NCBI GenBank assembly: GCA_963845755.1 | Contig: CAWJTV010000034.1 | Location: forward strand, 544,001 to 608,000 | Length of the DNA: 64,000 bases | DNA from: an uncultured Planctomycetota bacterium | Lineage (GTDB): Bacteria; Planctomycetota; Planctomycetia; Isosphaerales; Isosphaeraceae | Direction of reading: 5' to 3' | Shown: one piece after another, positions 59,755 through 64,000 of the stretch | Layout of the letters: every line of letters begins with the position of its first letter | Position numbering within the stretch: the stretch's first letter is position 1 | The notes under the pieces: generated by a model | What the model saw: the letters and a program-made list of their open reading frames with translations, nothing else | The model's database searches: none | What the model was told of the DNA's origin: nothing | Program-made: the position numbers and the translations under genes

Positions 59755-59804
59755 CAGGTTGGACGATCCGAAACTCGTGCCGGCAAAGGGATTGCGGAGG
59801 CAAT

Positions 59805-60332
59805 ATGGCGACGCCCGATGCGATGGACCGCATGCCGGAACGAACCCGAGAGCACGTCATCGCCGCCATGGGTTTCATCCATGTTCTGAAAGCATTCATC
59901 GACAAGGTGCATATAGGTGATCGACCCCGTGAGGACTACGGCTACGATCTGATCGCCACGACCTTCGACGAGAGCGGATACCAGGAGGACGGCGAAATCC
60001 GGGTCCAGATCAAGGCTACCGATATACTTGAGAAGTACCGACATAAGGGTTTCCTGGCGTGCGAGATCGAACGCAAGCATTACAACTTGTGGATGAATAC
60101 GGATATGCCGGTCTTTCTCATCCTGTATGACGCTCAGGAAAAGAGGGCCTATTGGCGATACGTGCAGCCGTATTTCGTCGCGGGATCGCGGCGAAGGCCG
60201 AAGGCAGGCACCAAGACAGTCACGGTCCGCATCCCTATGACCCATGAGTTCTCTGAGGACACAGTTGATTATATGCGGGCCAAGAAGGCTGCAATCCTGG
60301 CCCAACAGGGAAAGGTGATTCACCATGATTGA
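59805..60332 (+). CDS. DUF4365-like PD-(D/E)xK-fold protein, copy 2
   Basis: DYGYDLIA...VQIKATD...MPVFLILYDA...AYW; GGAGG RBS before ATG 59805. Confidence 0.78.
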   Translation: MATPDAMDRMPERTREHVIAAMGFIHVLKAFIDKVHIGDRPREDYGYDLIATTFDESGYQEDGEIRVQIKATDILEKYRHKGFLACEIERKHYNLWMNTDMPVFLILYDAQEKRAYWRYVQPYFVAGSRRRPKAGTKTVTVRIPMTHEFSEDTVDYMRAKKAAILAQQGKVIHHD

Positions 60333-60744
60333 GAAGATCACCTATGCAAAATTCCGCGAAGTGCTGTCGTCCCTGGGTTATGCCCCTGAAGAGTTCGGAG
60401 GCAATAGTGTCGTCTTCCGCAATCCCAAACACCGTTTAAGAGTCTTCCTACCGAAGCTCTCCGATAGGCAATTCGTGCCGCCTATCGAGTTGATGAGCGC
60501 CCGCAACAGTCTGATTGGAAACGGCGTCGTTCGCGATGAATACGGATTCGACTCGCTCTTCCTGATCCGCAAAGGCGACCGGTTGCTCTGGACCGACCCG
60601 GAGACCGGGAAGGAAGCGAAGGTCACGGCAGCGGCCGGGGAGAGCGATGGGTTAGTAGTCGTCAAGCAGAACGGCACGTTGTTGCCGTGTCCGGTCGATC
60701 AGGTGAAGCGGGTCAAGCGGGCCGCGACGGCCACCAGGAAATAG
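60325..60744 (+). CDS. HicA-like protein, copy 2
   Basis: TYAKFREVLSSLGYAPEEFGGNSVVFRNP; the last 65 aa are 58/65 identical to copy 1; 8-bp overlap with the upstream gene. Confidence 0.55.
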   Translation: MIEKITYAKFREVLSSLGYAPEEFGGNSVVFRNPKHRLRVFLPKLSDRQFVPPIELMSARNSLIGNGVVRDEYGFDSLFLIRKGDRLLWTDPETGKEAKVTAAAGESDGLVVVKQNGTLLPCPVDQVKRVKRAATATRK

Positions 60745-60766
60745 CACGTTGGACGACCTTAACGCG

Positions 60767-63700
60767 GTGACAGCGGCCTGGCGCGAGGCAGCACGCGGGC
60801 TCTGTGGAACAACCGCCGGGATCCCGGTGGACGGCGCCGCGCGCACCGGCAATGGCGCGTCCGCGACCCTGGTGGACCGGCTCGATGCCATCGGGGAGGG
60901 GATCCGGCTGAGGCGCCGGCTCGATGGGCTGGTCCAGGATGAGGCGACCGAATCGAGCCGGCGCGCGGTGGTGTACCAGTTAAGCGACCTGCAACGGTCC
61001 GCGGGCGAGGAGCTGACCGGGTTGAGGCCCGGCACGGCCCGGCACCGTGAGGTCGCGACCCGCGCCCGGGAATGGCTGGCTGAGGCGCGGGTCGCCGTGC
61101 GGAACGCGCTGACCGTGCTCCAGTTCGAGCCGTTACACCAGGCCATGGCGCTGGAGGCGCTGCGGGCCGACCTCGAATGGTTGAGCGCCGTCGTGGCCCG
61201 GCTCGACGGCGAGGCGCCGCTGGCCCCGACGGTCTGGATGGACGTCGAGGTGGAGCGGTTGCGCAGCTCGCTGAGCCCGCCGGACGGCCGGCATCCCGAT
61301 CCGCAAGATGAGCCCTTGTGCACCCGTTGCGAACGGATGAAGGCGGGACTGCTGGAGCGTCGAGTCCGTCGCGAGCTGGCCCGGCCGATGTTCGGTGCCA
61401 GTCCTGAGCCGCTCTGGATCCAGCGGTTCCACCTGTCGCGGCTCCAGGCCCAGGTCGCCGCCCTGGACCTGGCCGCGGACGCAAACCTCAGCCCCGCGGG
61501 CGTTTCCGAAAAGCCCGGCGATTGGTTGGAAGACCTGAGCCGGCGTCGCGTCGAGCTGGCCGCCGCGGCCGACGATCGCATGGCGGCATTGCCGCCGTCC
61601 GGCCGCCGCGAAGCCTCCACCGCGATCATCCCGGCGGCTTTCGACGAGGTCGGCGAGATCACGGCGTTCCTCGGCCAGATGCCGCCCCGCCGCGCCGTCC
61701 GCCGGCTGGAGCTCGCCGAGGAGGACCTGGGTCGGCTCGCCGAATCGTGCCGGCGCTGGGCCAGCGACGCCGCGCGCGGCTCCGACCCCCCGTCCCACCC
61801 CGATTCGCTCCGGCCGACCGGGAGTGCGGACATCGCGGCGCCCGCCGATGACCCGAACGCCAGTTCGATCGGCATCGCGGAGGAGGCGGACGAATTGTCT
61901 CGGACCGACGATCGTGCCGAGGCACGCGAGGCGGCCGCGCTCCTGCGGCGCCAGTCTCGCCGGGTCGATCGCCTCGCGCCACGGGTCCACCGAGAATGGC
62001 AGGAGACGCTGTTGAATCTCCGCCTGACCTCGCTCCTCGGCCGCCGCGTGGTGACCTTCCTCGAGAACCTGGTACTGATCCTGATCCCGGTGCTCATCGG
62101 GCTCATCGCCGCCGAGTATCTGCTCGAGAGATCGCATCCGCTCTCGGCCGCCCAGCACCGGTTCTTCGCCTGGGCCGATCTGGCCGTCTGCTCGGTGTTC
62201 CTCCTCGATCTGGGCCTCAAGCTCTGCCTGGCTCCGGATCGGTTGGCGTACTTCCTCCACCACCTGGTGGTCAACCTGATCCCCTCGCTCCCGTTCGGGT
62301 TCGTCTCCCACGAGATCGACCTGGCCGACCTCGGTACGGCGGCGGCCAGCGAATCGGGCACTCTGGAAGTCCTGGCCGAATACGGACGGATGGCCCAGGT
62401 GCTCCGTTTTGCCCGGCTGGTGCTGCCCATCGCCCGACTCACACGGGTGGGCCTGATCTTCCTGAGACTGAGCGATCGACTGGTCCGCCGCATGGCCGTC
62501 CTGCTCAACCGCAATATCATCCTGTTCGAGCCGTCAACGACGCAGAAGCCCGAATCCAGCGATCGGCACCGACTGCTGGCGATCCGGAGCGAGCTGGAGC
62601 ACGCCCGAGCGGCGATCGAAAGCCGGCTTGACCGGGAACAGCGCAGGGAGCTGGTCGCCCGGGTCCTGTCCGACTTCGATGGCCTGATCCAGGGGCTGCC
62701 CGCCCCGGCCCTGGAGGGGACTCATCCGGACGAGGAGCAACGCGAGATCCCGGTCGAGGCGGTGGTCGAGCGGCTGATCCAGATGACTCCCGAGCGGCTC
62801 ATCGACCGGATGGGCCCGTCGTCCGTTCTCGCCGTGGACCGGTATCTCCGCCTGCTCAACGCCCCACTGATCCGCCGCCTGCCGCTGGCTCGAAAGCTAG
62901 CGAGCGTCCGCGAGAAGAGCCCGGCGGAGGCGGTGGCCCTGGCCGCCAACTACCTGGGTCACCTGATCCAGCGCGGGCTGGATGCCGCCTACTTCCTGGC
63001 CGACTTGCAGGGCACGCTCTCCCCGCCGGTCTTCCTCGACCGCCTGGGCGCCACGATCGTCAACGCCACTCGTACACCGGCCAAGCGGCTGCTCTGGCTC
63101 GGCTCCGCCTGCTTCATCCTGTTCCTGATCGTCAATGTCGTCGCCTTCCCGAAACCGATCGTCCGGGTGGTCAACAAGATCCAGACCTTGCTCGGCTGGC
63201 CGGTAATCGTCCTGGGCGTGATCTGCCTGGCCTTGTGGACCCTGGGGGCGTGGTTCCGCAAGATCGCCAACCAGGCGGCCGATTTCAGCGAGCGGATCGT
63301 GGAGGCGCAGTTCGCCGCCCATACCAAGAGCTTGAAATCCCGGCGCCGCGATCAGGATGCCCAGTTCCTGGCCGAGCGAGTCATCGACCCGGAGCTGCTC
63401 CTCCGTTCCTCGGACGATCGGATCGTGATGCCCGCGGGCTCGGGCGAGGCCGAGGCGGCCGCGCGGTCCGGCTGGGTCCTCTTCGAGAACCGCGAGCTGG
63501 CGTTCTTGCGGAACGTCCGCCTGCTGTACCAGGATTACCTGGACGGCTCGCCGCTGCACCGCAGCGACACCAAGGCCTCGATCCAGCTCCTGGGCAACCT
63601 GGCGCTGACCAACCTGCGGCGCAGCCATCTCCGGCACCTGCTGCGAGAGAGCCGAACGCTCGACCGTCTCGACCTGAGCCGGTCCGGCGGCCTGTTCGGC

Positions 63701-64000
63701 GGCCCCTACCTCTGGTTCAACTACATCACCCGGATGCTCGTCCAGGAAACGGCGATCCTGATCCTGGATTATAATCGTCACGCCGTGCCGATGGACCGGC
63801 TGGCATGCTCGCCCGAGTCGGTCCGCCGCGCGTTCCGCACCTGGCTGGCCCACCGGATGAAGATCGACCTGGCCGACGTCTGGCTGCCGGAGTCGGTGAA
63901 ACCCGCATCGACGGGGGCCCCTGTCGCGTCGGCGTCGGTCTCCCTCGCGAGTTGCGAGGGACTCGCGGCGCCCCGCGTCATCGCCAGCCGGCCAGCGATC
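60767..64000 (+). CDS. very large membrane protein with an ion-transport S1-S4 (voltage-sensor-like) domain; partial, runs off the window
   Basis: One frame appears open from GTG 60767 (or TTG 60749) to the end, >1070 codons, and is missing from the ORF track; FLENLVLILIPVLIGLIAAEYLL..FAWADLAVCSVFLLDLGLKLCLAPDRLAYFLHHLVVNLIPSLPFG..GRMAQVLRFARLVLPIARLTRV. Confidence 0.75.
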   Translation, partial: MTAAWREAARGLCGTTAGIPVDGAARTGNGASATLVDRLDAIGEGIRLRRRLDGLVQDEATESSRRAVVYQLSDLQRSAGEELTGLRPGTARHREVATRAREWLAEARVAVRNALTVLQFEPLHQAMALEALRADLEWLSAVVARLDGEAPLAPTVWMDVEVERLRSSLSPPDGRHPDPQDEPLCTRCERMKAGLLERRVRRELARPMFGASPEPLWIQRFHLSRLQAQVAALDLAADANLSPAGVSEKPGDWLEDLSRRRVELAAAADDRMAALPPSGRREASTAIIPAAFDEVGEITAFLGQMPPRRAVRRLELAEEDLGRLAESCRRWASDAARGSDPPSHPDSLRPTGSADIAAPADDPNASSIGIAEEADELSRTDDRAEAREAAALLRRQSRRVDRLAPRVHREWQETLLNLRLTSLLGRRVVTFLENLVLILIPVLIGLIAAEYLLERSHPLSAAQHRFFAWADLAVCSVFLLDLGLKLCLAPDRLAYFLHHLVVNLIPSLPFGFVSHEIDLADLGTAAASESGTLEVLAEYGRMAQVLRFARLVLPIARLTRVGLIFLRLSDRLVRRMAVLLNRNIILFEPSTTQKPESSDRHRLLAIRSELEHARAAIESRLDREQRRELVARVLSDFDGLIQGLPAPALEGTHPDEEQREIPVEAVVERLIQMTPERLIDRMGPSSVLAVDRYLRLLNAPLIRRLPLARKLASVREKSPAEAVALAANYLGHLIQRGLDAAYFLADLQGTLSPPVFLDRLGATIVNATRTPAKRLLWLGSACFILFLIVNVVAFPKPIVRVVNKIQTLLGWPVIVLGVICLALWTLGAWFRKIANQAADFSERIVEAQFAAHTKSLKSRRRDQDAQFLAERVIDPELLLRSSDDRIVMPAGSGEAEAAARSGWVLFENRELAFLRNVRLLYQDYLDGSPLHRSDTKASIQLLGNLALTNLRRSHLRHLLRESRTLDRLDLSRSGGLFGGPYLWFNYITRMLVQETAILILDYNRHAVPMDRLACSPESVRRAFRTWLAHRMKIDLADVWLPESVKPASTGAPVASASVSLASCEGLAAPRVIASRPAI

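Overview
High-GC bacterial DNA, very probably a planctomycete (Isosphaeraceae-like). This rests on LExRxLL-type export leaders, large membrane Ser/Thr kinase-TPR proteins and the sequence style of RpoC and S12. From left to right the window holds: a truncated OprO/P-type porin abutting an IS630 element; a minus-strand cluster of matrixin-Ig protein, surface protein, Ser/Thr kinase and HD-GYP protein; an RND/TolC efflux operon; an isolated rpoC with no rpoB upstream, facing an oppositely oriented rpsL-rpsG pair that has no fusA/tuf and is followed by two GT4 glycosyltransferases; four Zn-ribbon-tagged membrane proteins/proteases; a TPR sulfotransferase, EfpL/YeiP, a second kinase, a methyltransferase, an MMPL transporter and a Ste24-like peptidase. 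The standout is an intact four-gene ubiquitin-like conjugation operon at 50484-54619 (minus strand): Ubl, E2, E1 and a membrane-anchored JAB/MPN+ isopeptidase, with SIM-like motifs in the enzyme tails and no E3. Also notable are a tandemly duplicated DUF4365 + HicA-like two-gene module, a >1000-aa unterminated ORF with an apparently pore-less voltage-sensor-like domain, and a family of 7-bp-periodic intergenic hairpins. More than a dozen frameshifts, including two sites in essential rpoC, point to uncorrected sequencing indels rather than pseudogenes. All family assignments come from motif recognition by eye; no searches were run.
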